A stretch of DNA of 55,774 bases from Parcubacteria group bacterium RIFCSPLOWO2_01_FULL_48_18. GTDB taxonomy: Bacteria; Patescibacteriota; Minisyncoccia; UBA6257; WO2-01-48-18. Made by a program: the position numbers and the translations under genes. Every line of letters starts with the position of its first letter. The first letter of the stretch is position 1. A model generated the notes under the pieces. It ran no database searches and was not told the origin of the DNA. It saw only the letters and a program-made list of their open reading frames with translations. Where the stretch lies: positions 1 to 55,774 of the forward strand of contig MHXH01000026.1 in assembly GCA_001824435.1 (NCBI GenBank), given 5' to 3'. This document shows positions 1 to 10,683 of the stretch, piece after piece.

Positions 1-3000
1 GCGAATCCGCTGGGTGGTGTTTTTCCCTACGTCAAGGATCGGGGTATTGGTGGCGGCTTTAAACTCGGCTTCAGATTCATAGCCGTCACGGTTGCGCCAC
101 CGGTAGTGGATTTGGGTGAGATCGGCCGCTGCCACACCTGCCGCAATCGTAGCCGAGGCGTAGATGGAATAGGTATTGATCGCGGTTCCCGCGTTCGTAA
201 CCCTGAAATAATAGGTCTGCCCGTTAATCGCGGTTGTGGTTGCGGTGATGGAGTATTCGAGTTCGGTGAAGGTGTCGCCGCTTAGAGAGATAGAGGGAAT
301 TTGCGCCCCGTCGTCTTTGATTTCGCCTGCGGTAAAAGCGGCGGCTTCGTTGAAGAGACCCAAATTGTCGGTGGTTGAAGGACACATCATTGAGCAATCG
401 ATATACGTTGAATCTTTCATCACCCAATGCGCGCTTGCGGCTCCTACTTGCGTCCATGTAGATGCCCCGCTTGAGGTCGCATACTCAAGCCGGAGCGCGG
501 ATGAGGTTGCCGCATCCCCTTCATTTGAAACCTCGAGCCGGAGGCGCTGGGTGGTTTGTTTTGCGACATCGGTGATGGGAGTGTCTTCGTCGGCGGCGAA
601 GGTGGCGCCACCACCTACCGTATCCTTTTCATAATTGACCACTATATAAGCCTGGGTCACGTAGATTGTGCCTAGCCACGAACCACCTAACTGTGTTGAT
701 AGAAAACCAAGTTCAAGATTCGTAATATCGCTCCATGTCCATGGTAGACCGTTGGAAGGATTCGTGGCCCACACATTGGAACTGCTGGTATAAGTTGCGT
801 CTGGAGTAATATTAGAACCGCTATACGCCGTTCCGCCAATAACAAGCTGTGGCGTAATCCGCTCTGAATCCGTTTGACGACTCGTGATCACAAGCATTAC
901 TTTATTAATCGTGCCGGTGCTTGCCGCATCGGGGTTTTCTATATTAAAACTCGACTGCACGTTGTCCGCAGACGCACACGCGCCGGTGCTTGACGAATCA
1001 TGACTTGCGACAGGATCATCAATATCGCTATACAACCCGGTCCCAGAGCACGATTCATTGATACCCCGCGCCCAACCACTGAATGTTCCTGAAGCGTTTG
1101 GCACGAAAGAGCTTTCGGTGGTGATAAAATCTGATAAGGTCCATTTTTCGAAACGCAATTTGAAATCAACAGATGGAGAGCTGTCGTAATCCGTTGATCC
1201 CACCGCATAAAATTTCCTTCCTGACGAATCAATGACCATTTCATGTATCGTGCCGCTGCTATTGGTTGTGGTGGAAAATTTTATCGAACCATCTGAATAG
1301 AAACGTCTATCAAAAGTCCAATTTTTTCCAACAGATCCGCCTGTATACACAGTTTCGGTCACGGGATCCACTATTACATCCCACGTCCTTTCAAAACCCC
1401 CAGCTAAATCGTCGCCCAAAGTATAAACCATCGCCCCGTCTGAAAGTTTATGCCTGCCCAACTCCCAACGGTCATTAACCCCGCTCAAATAAGCTGTGAA
1501 AAATAGTGCATCTTTTGACCCATCAATTCCTACTCCAGTAGGACCCTCTGAAGAAAGCATTACGTCGGCTCCATATACAAAGGAAAGGTCTGAGAGATTG
1601 CGCTTTTCTATCCGAGTTTCATTGGACAATATTTCTCCCACTAAATACATTGTGCCGCTTGCGACATCGATTTTCATATCCCATATTTCGTCAGTACTGG
1701 TGGTGCCCTGATCGGATGTCGTAGCGGTTACAAGAGACCCATCGGAAAGGTTACGCTTTTCAATACGCCATCTGGCACTGCTAAGGACGCGATCGTACCC
1801 TCCTAAATACATCACTCCTGCATTAACATCAAGGGCAATTGATCGAATCGCATCGGTACTCGTCGAAGGATTCGTCGTTGTTGCCCACACGAGCGACCCG
1901 TCGGAGAGATTTCGTTTCTCAATGCGCCACTCTCTATCCCCAGGAAAATTATCGTAGCCTCCTATGTACATCACGCTACTTGCAACATCCAGAGCAACAC
2001 TTCTGGCTAAATCCGGGCCTGAACTATAATTTACGGAGGTTGCATAAATAAGCGAACCGTCGGAGAGATTACGTTTCTCTAGATACCATTTCGAATCGGT
2101 TGTTCCGCTTGCGAACCCAACCGCATAGAGTGCTCCTCCGGAAACATCAAGCGCAACACCCCATGCCTCATCACCTGCAATAGTTGGATCGCTCGTGGTT
2201 GCCCACATCAAAGAAGAAAGCTGACCGCCACCACCACCTCCGCCCTCTCCCCCGTCATCATTCCTCCACCGGTAGTGGATTTGGGTGAGATCGGCCGCTG
2301 CCACACCTGCCGCAATCGTCGCCGAAGCATAGATGGAATAAGAGTTGAGGGCGGTTCCGGAGTTAGTAACTCTGAAATAGTAAGTCTGCCCGTCAATCGC
2401 GGTTGAGGTGGCGGCAATGGAGTATTCGAGTTCGGTGAAGGTATCGCCGTTCAGCGAGATGGAAGCGGTCTGTGCTCCTGTATCTTTCACCTGGCCTGCG
2501 GTGAAGGTAGTGGCTTCGTTGAAGAGGCCGAAGTTGTCCGTTGTTGGATCGCCGTCGGTAAGATACGTTGAATCTTTCATTACCCAATGAGCGGTTGTGG
2601 AAGTAGGATTTCCGACTTGCGTATATGTTCCTCCTTGAGAGGTGGCGTACTCAAGCCGGAAAGCGGATGAGGTTGCGACTCCCCCTTCGTTTGAAACCTC
2701 AAGCCGCAGGCGCTGGGTGGTTTGTTTTGCGACATTGGAGATGGGAGTGTCTTCGTCGGCGGCGAAGGTGACGCCAAGGCCTCCGACGGTTGATTTGGCA
2801 AAGAGGAGATCACCGTTTGTGCTATCCTGATGGCCGATAAATATCGTGTTCGCGTCAACGGCATGGAGGGAGGTGTAGAATCCGACATTGCCTGCGGATT
2901 GGACGGTTAAAGTAGTCCAGCTCACGCCGCCGTTCGTAGATTTGGCAAAGAGGAGATCGTCATTTTGGCCATCCAGATGACTGATAAAGATGGTGTTTGA

Positions 3001-6000
3001 GTCAACGGCATGGAGGGAGGTGTAGGAGCCTGTAAGTCCCGCAGAATCAACAGTTAAGGTGGTCCAGCTTGAGCCGCCATTTGTGGATTTAGCGAAGAGA
3101 AGGTCGCCGACGCTACTATTCTGATGGCCGATAAATATCGTGTTCGCGTCAACGGCATGGAGGGAGGTGTAGGCGCCGACATTGCCGGCGGATTGGATGG
3201 TGGAGGTGGTCCAGCTTGTACCGCCATTTGTTGATTTGGCGAACATGAGGTCGGTTGTGCCCCCACCCACGCAGTCGGAATTGCACTGATAACTGATAAA
3301 GAGTGTGCTTGAGTCTGTGGCGGCGATGGAAGTATAGAATCCTGTACCAGCCGCTGAATCAAGGGTGGAAGTGGTCCAGCTTGTACCGCCATTTGTTGAT
3401 TTGGCGAACATGAGGTCGTTTGCGCCCCCGCCCACGCAGCCGGTACTGCACAGATAACTGATAAAGAGTGTGCTTGAGTCAATGGCATGGAGAGAGGAGT
3501 AGTCGCCGACATCGCCTGCGGATTGGACGACGGTGGTGGTCCACGCCGTGCCTCCATTTGTAGATTTTTCAAAATAGAGATCGTTGACGATGCCCATCTT
3601 ATGGCTGATAAAAATAGTGTCGGCATCAACTGCATGAAGGGACGTATAATAACCCATCTCATCACCTGCCGTGTCCACAGTAGATGTGACCCAATTTAAT
3701 CCGCCGTTCGTAGATTTGGCGAGGCGGAGATCGGGACTCCCTCCACAGAAGCCATCCGTTGTACATTGATGACTAATAAAGATGGTACTTGAGTCAGCGG
3801 CGTAAAGAGAAGTATATCCGCCGACCGTAGGATCAGATTGGACGGTTGAGGTGGTCCAGGCGGCGGCATCGTTTTCCGGCCCATCATCATTCCTCCACCG
3901 GTAGTGGATTTGGGTGAGGTTGGGCTGTGGAACCGACGTGCCGACCGTCGCAGAAGCGTACCTGGTATACACAAAAGTGGAGGTAGCCCCTGCATTTGTA
4001 ACCCTAAACCAGTATGTCTGACCATCAATGGCTGTGGAAGTGGCGGCGATAGAATATTCCAGTTCGGTAAATTCGTCCGGACCGAGCGTAAGGCCAACGG
4101 TTTGGGAAGAAGAATCGTGCGCATAGCCGTACACAAACGTCGCTTCCTCGTCGTCCAGTCCTCCAGGAACGTTTGTAGCTCTGTCTCCATTAGCATAATA
4201 GGCGGAGTTGGACATTACCCAATGCGCGGAGGTAGAAGTAGAGCCTCCAACCTGCGTCCACGGCCCCGAAGGGGACTGGGCGTATTCGAGTCTATAGGTT
4301 ATGGCGGCTGTAGAAAAATCTCCTTCGTTTGAAACTTCGAGCCTTAACCGCCGCGGGCTGTAACGATCAAGTCCCGTGATAGAAGTGTCCGTCGCCGCGG
4401 CCCAGGAGGTGTTCCTACTGGAATCACCGAAATATCCGCCGCCAAGCGCAACAAGCGCTTTCTGCTGGCTGACCGCCGCATTCCCGTAAGGACTACTCCC
4501 GGATTTTACATATCGAACATTCCAAGAATTTCCTCCATTGGACGAGGAAGCGAATTTCGTAAATGTGGTGCCGCCTTGCCCGTATGAAACAAAAAGCGTG
4601 GATGTTCCAATGCCGTTGATCGTCGGATCACTAAGGGTCTCGGTGCTCGTTGCCGGCAGCGCGTCGATCGTCGAAGTCGTCCAGTTCTGTCCCCCATTCA
4701 CCGACTTGCCAAAATAAATTGTGCCGTTGGCATAGGAACCGGATCTTGAATATACGATGAAAACGTTGTTGGCGTCTGCCGCGTAGATAGAGCACCACCC
4801 TATTGTATTAAGAGAATCAACGGTATAGTGATCCCAGCTGCCGCCGCCATTTATGGAGCGGGCGAATTTAAACTGGCTCGGGTCAGGGGTGACGTCCGGA
4901 TAGCACGCAAAAACATTGTTCGCATCTACTGCGCGGATATCAAATGCATCCGGAAAATTGCTCAAACCCGCGCTGTAAAATGATGAGGTGGTCCACGAAG
5001 TTCCTCCGTTTATCGACTTCGCAAAGCTGTACTGCGTAACATTACCGCTGTCCTTATAGAGAACGAAGATGGTGTTTTTATCAACGGCGTGGATGGCTGT
5101 AAAGCCTACGGCCAGGTTGTTTGAGGCGACAGTCGTGGTACCGAATGTCAGTCCGCCGTTCGTCGAAGAGGCAAACTTAATCGCCCGTACCGCCGAGTCA
5201 TCGTGATACGCAAAAAAGATGGTGCTTGAATCAACGACATGCATTGATATGTCTTCGTCAAATACCCCGGGATCTATCGAAGTCGATGTTTCCCAGCTAC
5301 CTCCGCCGTCAATTGAGCGCTTGAATAAAGTCGAGGCGCCAAGAATAACGTTTCCATTGTCGGCGGCATAAATCATATCGCCCAGTTGATAGGTAACGCC
5401 GAATGCCGGCGACGGCACAAGATAAAATCCCGTTTCACCCCCATCGTCGTTTCTCCACCGATAGTGAATCTGTGTCGGCCGGACAGGTATTGAGACCGTT
5501 GCGGACGCGTATTTGGCATATGTGGTAATCGGAACGCCGGCATTCGTAAGCCGGAAGTAGTACGCCTGCTGCTCAATCGCGGTGGAGGTCGGAAAGACCG
5601 CAAACTCCACTTCGGTAAACGAACTTGGGGAAAGCGTAATGGCAGCCGTCTGGTTTGAAGTGTCCAGCGCCTGCCCCGCCACAAACACGGAGTTTTCGTT
5701 CGTAAGACCGTAACTATCGGCGGTTGAGGCGCCGTCAACAAAATACGCCGAATCCTTCATAACCCAATGGGCTTGAGACGCCGAAGTGGTGCCGACCGGC
5801 GCCCATCCACCGCCGGTAGACGTAGAATATTCAAGCCTGTACTCCGTAGACGAAGAGGTTTGTGTTCCCTCATTTGACACTTCAATACGCAAACGAGTGC
5901 CGGTGGCGTTAGAAGCAATAAGCGGAGGGGTGTCTTCCGCGGCGTAAAAAGAAGCGCTCGAGGTCGCGGCAAAGCCGTCAGAGGTTTTAATATACCGTAT

Positions 6001-7677
6001 TTGCCTCTCTGTATCCGCCTGATAACCGACAACGATATTAGACGCGTCAATGCCGCTGATTTCAGAAAATTTACCGGAGTCTCCGTAGAGGACGCGAGTA
6101 GATGTGGTCCATGAAGAACCGCCGTCTGCGGACTTTGCAACCATAAGACTTTGCCTTGACTGATCGTAGTAGCTAATGAATATGTTATTCGCATCAGCGG
6201 CGTAAATTGAACTTCTTTGCCCCGTAACAGGCGATGAGTTGTCCACCAGCGAGTTTGTCCACGAACCTCCTCCGTTTGTGGATTTCGCGAACCGCAAGGT
6301 ATTGGTATCCGTATAGCTTACATATATTGTTGAGGTACCAAGCGCGAAAATAGATGGATAGGAGTAGTCGCCCGTGCTAGTATCAATCGATTTAGACGAC
6401 CACGTAGAACTGGAGCCGCCGCTTGTTGAAGACACGAACGTAAGATTCGTTCCTGAAGTTCCGGATGCCGAAACCATGTAGAGCGTTGACAAGTTAACTG
6501 CAAAAAGCGAGGGGTCTTGCGTGCCAGCCCCCGCAACAAACGCCGGGCTACCCCATGTTACGCCGCCATTTGAAGACGAGGCAAAATATTGGCCGCCGGA
6601 ACGATAGTAGCTTACAAAGACCGTTGATGTACCTACCGCGTGCAAGGTGTTATAAAAGCCCGTATTAGAACCGGCGGCGTCAACTATCTTCGCCGTCCAA
6701 GACACGCCGCCGTTCGTTGAATAAGAAACTCGCATGTCTTGAAGATCGTCGTCGTAGCTGGAAATAAAAATCGTGTTTGCGTCCGCAGCAAATATGGAAA
6801 CTGCCTTTTCTGAAGAACCGTCTGCGGTTACGATGCTCCACGTCGCACCGCCATCCGTTGTTTTTGCGAAGTTTACCGGCCCGGAGGCTGTGCTTGAAGA
6901 ATACGCAACGTATATCGTACTCGTACTCACCATATGAACATCAAAGCTGCTGGTAACGTTGGCGATTGCGCCGCCGGCGTCTGTGATCTGCGGCCCGTCA
7001 TCGTTAAGCCACCGATAGTGGACTTGGGTAAGGAAAGTGGAATAATCAATCTCAACGGTAACATAGTCAACGTAAACATCCGCATTGGCGGTTGTTGCAA
7101 GTATGCCGATTGCAACGCCGAAATCGGGGTCTTTCACCCATGCCGGAGTAAGCGAGTTGCCCCATTTATCTGAAGCGCTACCTTTAGTAATTACGGTCAT
7201 GGTATTGGCGAGCGGCACGGCAGTGGAACAATTGTTCGTACCGACTTTTGCCCGCGAGGTGTTAAGCAATTGGCAAAGATCAACCGAGCCGGAGCCCTCT
7301 GTGGAGGCGTACTGTGCGTTTATGCGGACCGTAACGCCATTGATGACGGCGTCGTCAGGAATTGAGCTGAAATCAAAGCCGGTGGCTTTGAGCACATAGG
7401 TTTGGTCGGGACTGTCAAAAGTTGCCGCAGTAACGTTTGCGTTTGCGGCGTCAGCGGCATATATATTTTCAGGCGTGGTCCAACCGTTATCAGACCATGG
7501 GGATTCGGAAACGCTTGTGCCGAGAGTCGGGTATACCTGACCCGTGGTAGCGGCGTGGGATTCTGAAGAAAAGAAAAGCAAGAAAGCGAAAGAGCATAAA
7601 AGCAGGAAAGCAAGAAAAGCAAAGAGCCGATATCGATGGATACTGGTTGATAGTGATTGATGCTGGTTGATGCTCAT
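1..7677 (-). CDS. Giant secreted/surface modular protein (>2559 aa, 3' end outside the window) with BNR/Asp-box propellers, a WRIEKR-repeat propeller and a repeated scaffold domain
   Basis: ATG at 7677 begins MSINQHQSLSTSIHRYRLFAFLAFLLLCSFAFLLFFSSESHAA (signal peptide-like). The same frame reads as protein at several checked points and at position 1 (...DLTQIHYRWRNRDGYESEAEFKAATNTPILDVGKNTTQRIR). The track lists no ORF starting at 7677, consistent with no internal stop. Many FAKSTNGGxSW Asp-boxes. Confidence 0.85.
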   Translation of the reverse strand, partial: MSINQHQSLSTSIHRYRLFAFLAFLLLCSFAFLLFFSSESHAATTGQVYPTLGTSVSESPWSDNGWTTPENIYAADAANANVTAATFDSPDQTYVLKATGFDFSSIPDDAVINGVTVRINAQYASTEGSGSVDLCQLLNTSRAKVGTNNCSTAVPLANTMTVITKGSASDKWGNSLTPAWVKDPDFGVAIGILATTANADVYVDYVTVEIDYSTFLTQVHYRWLNDDGPQITDAGGAIANVTSSFDVHMVSTSTIYVAYSSSTASGPVNFAKTTDGGATWSIVTADGSSEKAVSIFAADANTIFISSYDDDLQDMRVSYSTNGGVSWTAKIVDAAGSNTGFYNTLHAVGTSTVFVSYYRSGGQYFASSSNGGVTWGSPAFVAGAGTQDPSLFAVNLSTLYMVSASGTSGTNLTFVSSTSGGSSSTWSSKSIDTSTGDYSYPSIFALGTSTIYVSYTDTNTLRFAKSTNGGGSWTNSLVDNSSPVTGQRSSIYAADANNIFISYYDQSRQSLMVAKSADGGSSWTTSTRVLYGDSGKFSEISGIDASNIVVGYQADTERQIRYIKTSDGFAATSSASFYAAEDTPPLIASNATGTRLRIEVSNEGTQTSSSTEYRLEYSTSTGGGWAPVGTTSASQAHWVMKDSAYFVDGASTADSYGLTNENSVFVAGQALDTSNQTAAITLSPSSFTEVEFAVFPTSTAIEQQAYYFRLTNAGVPITTYAKYASATVSIPVRPTQIHYRWRNDDGGETGFYLVPSPAFGVTYQLGDMIYAADNGNVILGASTLFKRSIDGGGSWETSTSIDPGVFDEDISMHVVDSSTIFFAYHDDSAVRAIKFASSTNGGLTFGTTTVASNNLAVGFTAIHAVDKNTIFVLYKDSGNVTQYSFAKSINGGTSWTTSSFYSAGLSNFPDAFDIRAVDANNVFACYPDVTPDPSQFKFARSINGGGSWDHYTVDSLNTIGWCSIYAADANNVFIVYSRSGSYANGTIYFGKSVNGGQNWTTSTIDALPATSTETLSDPTINGIGTSTLFVSYGQGGTTFTKFASSSNGGNSWNVRYVKSGSSPYGNAAVSQQKALVALGGGYFGDSSRNTSWAAATDTSITGLDRYSPRRLRLEVSNEGDFSTAAITYRLEYAQSPSGPWTQVGGSTSTSAHWVMSNSAYYANGDRATNVPGGLDDEEATFVYGYAHDSSSQTVGLTLGPDEFTELEYSIAATSTAIDGQTYWFRVTNAGATSTFVYTRYASATVGTSVPQPNLTQIHYRWRNDDGPENDAAAWTTSTVQSDPTVGGYTSLYAADSSTIFISHQCTTDGFCGGSPDLRLAKSTNGGLNWVTSTVDTAGDEMGYYTSLHAVDADTIFISHKMGIVNDLYFEKSTNGGTAWTTTVVQSAGDVGDYSSLHAIDSSTLFISYLCSTGCVGGGANDLMFAKSTNGGTSWTTSTLDSAAGTGFYTSIAATDSSTLFISYQCNSDCVGGGTTDLMFAKSTNGGTSWTTSTIQSAGNVGAYTSLHAVDANTIFIGHQNSSVGDLLFAKSTNGGSSWTTLTVDSAGLTGSYTSLHAVDSNTIFISHLDGQNDDLLFAKSTNGGVSWTTLTVQSAGNVGFYTSLHAVDANTIFIGHQDSTNGDLLFAKSTVGGLGVTFAADEDTPISNVAKQTTQRLRLEVSNEGGVATSSAFRLEYATSQGGTYTQVGNPTSTTAHWVMKDSTYLTDGDPTTDNFGLFNEATTFTAGQVKDTGAQTASISLNGDTFTELEYSIAATSTAIDGQTYYFRVTNSGTALNSYSIYASATIAAGVAAADLTQIHYRWRNDDGGEGGGGGGGQLSSLMWATTSDPTIAGDEAWGVALDVSGGALYAVGFASGTTDSKWYLEKRNLSDGSLIYATSVNYSSGPDLARSVALDVASSVMYIGGYDNFPGDREWRIEKRNLSDGSLVWATTTNPSTSTDAIRSIALDVNAGVMYLGGYDRVLSSARWRIEKRNLSDGSLVTATTSDQGTTSTDEIWDMKIDVASGTMYLVGEILSNETRIEKRNLSDLSFVYGADVMLSSEGPTGVGIDGSKDALFFTAYLSGVNDRWELGRHKLSDGAMVYTLGDDLAGGFERTWDVIVDPVTETVYTGGSVGKNWTFDRRFYSDGSIKFSTTTNSSGTIHEMVIDSSGRKFYAVGSTDYDSSPSVDFKLRFEKWTLSDFITTESSFVPNASGTFSGWARGINESCSGTGLYSDIDDPVASHDSSSTGACASADNVQSSFNIENPDAASTGTINKVMLVITSRQTDSERITPQLVIGGTAYSGSNITPDATYTSSSNVWATNPSNGLPWTWSDITNLELGFLSTQLGGSWLGTIYVTQAYIVVNYEKDTVGGGATFAADEDTPITDVAKQTTQRLRLEVSNEGDAATSSALRLEYATSSGASTWTQVGAASAHWVMKDSTYIDCSMMCPSTTDNLGLFNEAAAFTAGEIKDDGAQIPSISLSGDTFTELEYSITATTTAINGQTYYFRVTNAGTAINTYSIYASATIAAGVAAADLTQIHYRWRNRDGYESEAEFKAATNTPILDVGKNTTQRIR
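97..605. repeat. Intragenic direct repeat (scaffold domain), paralogous to ~2266-2770
   Basis: Shares a ~54-bp identical block (ccaccggtagtggatttgggtgagatcggccgctgccacacctgccgcaatcgt) and stays similar over ~500 bp. Confidence 0.85.
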
Positions 7678-7699
7678 TGTATCTTAATTCTTAAACTAT

Positions 7700-7818
7700 G
7701 GACGTCGGACGTCCTTATTTTGATTTTGATGTTAATGCTTTCTTATTGCCTCCACCACGGCGAATTGATCGAAATATCGCACCATTTTTAATATACGGAC
7801 GTCGGACGTCCTTATTTT
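7700..7818. repeat. Two direct copies of the palindrome GGACGTCGGACGTCC followed by TTATTTT (REP-like or operator)
   Basis: Copies at 7700-7721 and 7797-7818, upstream of the giant gene. Confidence 0.8.
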
Positions 7819-7848
7819 ATATTCATTTTGGTATTTAGAATATCCGAC

Positions 7849-8220
7849 TTAGACTCCAGAACTAGCTAAAACAATCTCAAAAATAAGAGAAAGTACGATG
7901 ACGGCTCCGTACAACCATAGCGGCCACGAGAGTTGTTTTGACGAATGGGTAGAAACGGTTTTGTGAGATGCAAACAGCCGCCATAGCACATACGGTAAAA
8001 CGGGAATAAGGCCGCTTACAGTCGCCACCGACGCCACCACACCAAATCCCGAACGAGGCGGCGGAAGAAGCGTGGAAACGCGAAATGCATATACCGCATT
8101 CGCCATGAACAGTACCGACGCCGCGGCAATACCGGGATATACGGAAATGCCGTCTTTTTGAAGACGGCCGGCATCTGCATATACCAAAAAAGAAAGTACG
8201 AACGGCACTATGAAGCGCAT
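7849..8220 (-). CDS. Hypothetical membrane protein
   Basis: 123 aa, several hydrophobic segments, directly downstream of lemA. Confidence 0.65.
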   Translation of the reverse strand: MRFIVPFVLSFLVYADAGRLQKDGISVYPGIAAASVLFMANAVYAFRVSTLLPPPRSGFGVVASVATVSGLIPVLPYVLWRLFASHKTVSTHSSKQLSWPLWLYGAVIVLSLIFEIVLASSGV

Positions 8221-8231
8221 ATTCTGAAATT

Positions 8232-8789
8232 CTAAAACTTCACCTTTACGGCTTCCCGCTCTTGAGGCGCCTCGTCCAAATCGAAAAATTCTTCTTCCTT
8301 GAACTTGAAGGCGTCGGCGATGAATTTTGAAGGCACCGTATCCACCATCGTGTTGTAATCTCTCACCGTGCCGTTGTAAAACCTGCGGCTCGCTTGGATT
8401 TTATTTTCCGTATCCGCAACTTCTCGCTGAAGATCGAGAAAATTCGCGTTCGCCTTCAAATCCGGATAATTCTCCGATACCGCAAAAAGGGTCTTCAGGG
8501 TATTCGAAAGCATATTCTCTGCCTGCGCTTTATCGTGCCGCGTACCCGCACCCATCGCGCGCGAACGCGCTTCAGTAACATTCTCAAACACCTGCCGCTC
8601 ATGCGTCATATATCCTTTTACCGCCTCAACAAGATTCGGGATCAAATCATACCGGCGCTTCAATTGCACTTCGATATCAGACCATGCCTCTTTCACCCGA
8701 TACCGTAAACGGACAAAACCGTTATACGCATAAACGCCCCATGCAATCAGGGCTCCGACGACGATTAAAATAATATAGAATGGATTCAT
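8232..8789 (-). CDS. lemA: LemA family protein
   Basis: N-terminal TM; motifs [42 protein letters not shown]. Confidence 0.95.
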   Translation of the reverse strand: MNPFYIILIVVGALIAWGVYAYNGFVRLRYRVKEAWSDIEVQLKRRYDLIPNLVEAVKGYMTHERQVFENVTEARSRAMGAGTRHDKAQAENMLSNTLKTLFAVSENYPDLKANANFLDLQREVADTENKIQASRRFYNGTVRDYNTMVDTVPSKFIADAFKFKEEEFFDLDEAPQEREAVKVKF

Positions 8790-8815
8790 GGTTTTACGTT
8801 AAACACTATTCAACG

Positions 8816-9061
8816 CTATCCTTCAAAATATTTTGTAATCTCCTCTTCGATGGCATCGATTTGATGCGAATGGATATCGTCCGAAGGATTCTTGCGAAGC
8901 GCCTTGATAACCTTTTCCGCTTCATACCTACTGATGCCGCTTGAGCCAAAATGAGCGTATTGATTGAATACGGCTTTTGCGTACTCTTCCTGCGGCGGCG
9001 TCAAATTCGGCACGCGCCACATAAGTTCTTTCAACCGTTTTGCATACAATCTATCGGGCAT
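8816..9061 (-). CDS. Hypothetical protein (81 aa)
   Basis: Track ORF 8816-9109; ATG at 9061 (MPDRL) preferred because a TATGAT -10-like hexamer lies just upstream. Confidence 0.6.
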   Translation of the reverse strand: MPDRLYAKRLKELMWRVPNLTPPQEEYAKAVFNQYAHFGSSGISRYEAEKVIKALRKNPSDDIHSHQIDAIEEEITKYFEG

Positions 9062-9131
9062 ACGCGTATCATACCATACTGACGTAATATATTCTCCCCA
9101 GAAAGGCATATATAGTTTCGCGCAACCTAAT

Positions 9132-10589
9132 TCATTGTTTTGGCTTCATAAGCGGAAATGCCATCACGTCTTTTATCGAATGCGAGTCGGTTAATATGGC
9201 CACTAAACGATCAATGCCGATGCCGAGACCAGCTGCCGGCGGCATGCCGTACTCGAGCGCTTCGATAAAATCTTCGTCCAGGCGCGAAACCTCCGGATGT
9301 CCTGCGCGGTACAATTTTTCCTGCAGCTCCATCCGCATCCGCTGATCGATCGGATCATTAAGCTCTGAAAATCCGTTCACAATTTCCATGCCGCACATCA
9401 CGAGTTGAAACCGCTCTGTTTCTTCAGGATTTTCCGGCCGCGCTTTTGCCAAAGGAGAAATTTCTTTCGGATGATTAATGACGAGCAACGGATCGAAAAT
9501 GAACGGCCGCGCCACTTTCTTGAAAATTTCATCCGCCAGTTCGTATTTAGCCAGTCTGTTGTCAAACGCAATGTTATTCTTGGAGAGAAACTGACGAACG
9601 TCATCGGATGACGCGGCGTATATATCAATACCGCTGTATTTCTTAATGACGTCTGCAAACGAAACGCGCGGCCACGGCGCTTTCATACGCACGGGCCGTC
9701 CTTGATAGAAGAGTTTTTTTACGGACAACTTTTTCAAAAGGGCTGCCAGCGCCTTCTCGACAAATTTCATGAGCGACGAATAGTCCTGATACGCCCAATA
9801 CAATTCGAGCATCGTAAATTCCGGATTGTGCTCCCGATCAACTCCTTCATTTCTAAAATCCTTTCCCAGCTCGTACACCTTTTCCCATCCGGCAACCAGC
9901 AACCTCTTCAGATACAGTTCCGGAGCGACGCGCAAGAACAACTTTCTATCGAGCGCATTCGAGTGAGTTTCAAACGGCCTGGCAGTCGCCCCGCCTGCCA
10001 CCGCTTGCAGAATCGGCGTTTCAAATTCTCTAAAACCTTCTCCGTCCAGCACCTCTCGAATGGCAAGCACAATCTCCGACCGCCTTTCAATTGGAGCTGC
10101 CGCTTCCGCATTGAGTAAAAAATCAAGATAGCGCCTTCGGTACCGCTCCTCCGCATCTTTCAAGCCATACCAAGTCGCCGGTAAAGGACGCAGGCTCTTT
10201 ACAATAAGAACGGCGGATCGCGCTCCCAGGGTCTTTTCTCCGGATTTCGTCAGAAACAGAGTTCCTTTAACGCTCACAAAATCGCCGATATCCAAATTTT
10301 CTTTCAAAACCGAAAAGTTCTTCACCTTATCCTTTTTAAAAAGAGCCTGCAGCCGCGCGCGATTCTCCAAAAGATCCAAAAAAATTAACCCGCCTTGCTT
10401 GCGGATTCCCATCACTCGCGCATTGACGACAATTATTTTTTTCTGCCGATGCCACGACGTAAACCTATCGAGTACCGTTTCAATGGCAGTGCCTCCGGCA
10501 ACTCGTGCCGGATACGGATCAGCCCCGCTCGCTCGCAGCGCTTCTAGCTTTGCTTTTCGTTCATCAATAAGTTCTTCGATGCGGCCCAC
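9132..10589 (-). CDS. lysS: Lysine--tRNA ligase (class II)
   Basis: Motifs GGATARPFETH, LRVAPELYLKRL, FRNEG...HNPEFTMLE, ALEYGMPPAAGLGIGIDRL. Confidence 0.98.
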   Translation of the reverse strand: MGRIEELIDERKAKLEALRASGADPYPARVAGGTAIETVLDRFTSWHRQKKIIVVNARVMGIRKQGGLIFLDLLENRARLQALFKKDKVKNFSVLKENLDIGDFVSVKGTLFLTKSGEKTLGARSAVLIVKSLRPLPATWYGLKDAEERYRRRYLDFLLNAEAAAPIERRSEIVLAIREVLDGEGFREFETPILQAVAGGATARPFETHSNALDRKLFLRVAPELYLKRLLVAGWEKVYELGKDFRNEGVDREHNPEFTMLELYWAYQDYSSLMKFVEKALAALLKKLSVKKLFYQGRPVRMKAPWPRVSFADVIKKYSGIDIYAASSDDVRQFLSKNNIAFDNRLAKYELADEIFKKVARPFIFDPLLVINHPKEISPLAKARPENPEETERFQLVMCGMEIVNGFSELNDPIDQRMRMELQEKLYRAGHPEVSRLDEDFIEALEYGMPPAAGLGIGIDRLVAILTDSHSIKDVMAFPLMKPKQ

Positions 10590-10683
10590 TTCAACTTGTA
10601 GCTTGTAGTTTGTAGTTTGTAGTTTTCGATGTTATTTATCTACAATTCTAAAAAGCTACCAGCTACAAACTAAGAAACTTGTA
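10590..10683. repeat. Inverted heptamer tandem array (TTGTAGY repeats facing GCTAC/CTACAA repeats)
   Basis: Fills the greA-lysS spacer; same family as 39493-39587 and 40696-40782. Confidence 0.75.

Noticed and set aside
97-2770. DGR template/variable repeat pair within the giant gene
   Set aside because: Mismatches involve all four bases rather than only adenines, both copies are coding, and no reverse transcriptase is present in the window.
224-7622. The many short track ORFs in the first 7.6 kb
   Set aside because: They are alternative-frame or antisense shadows of the single giant minus-strand gene.
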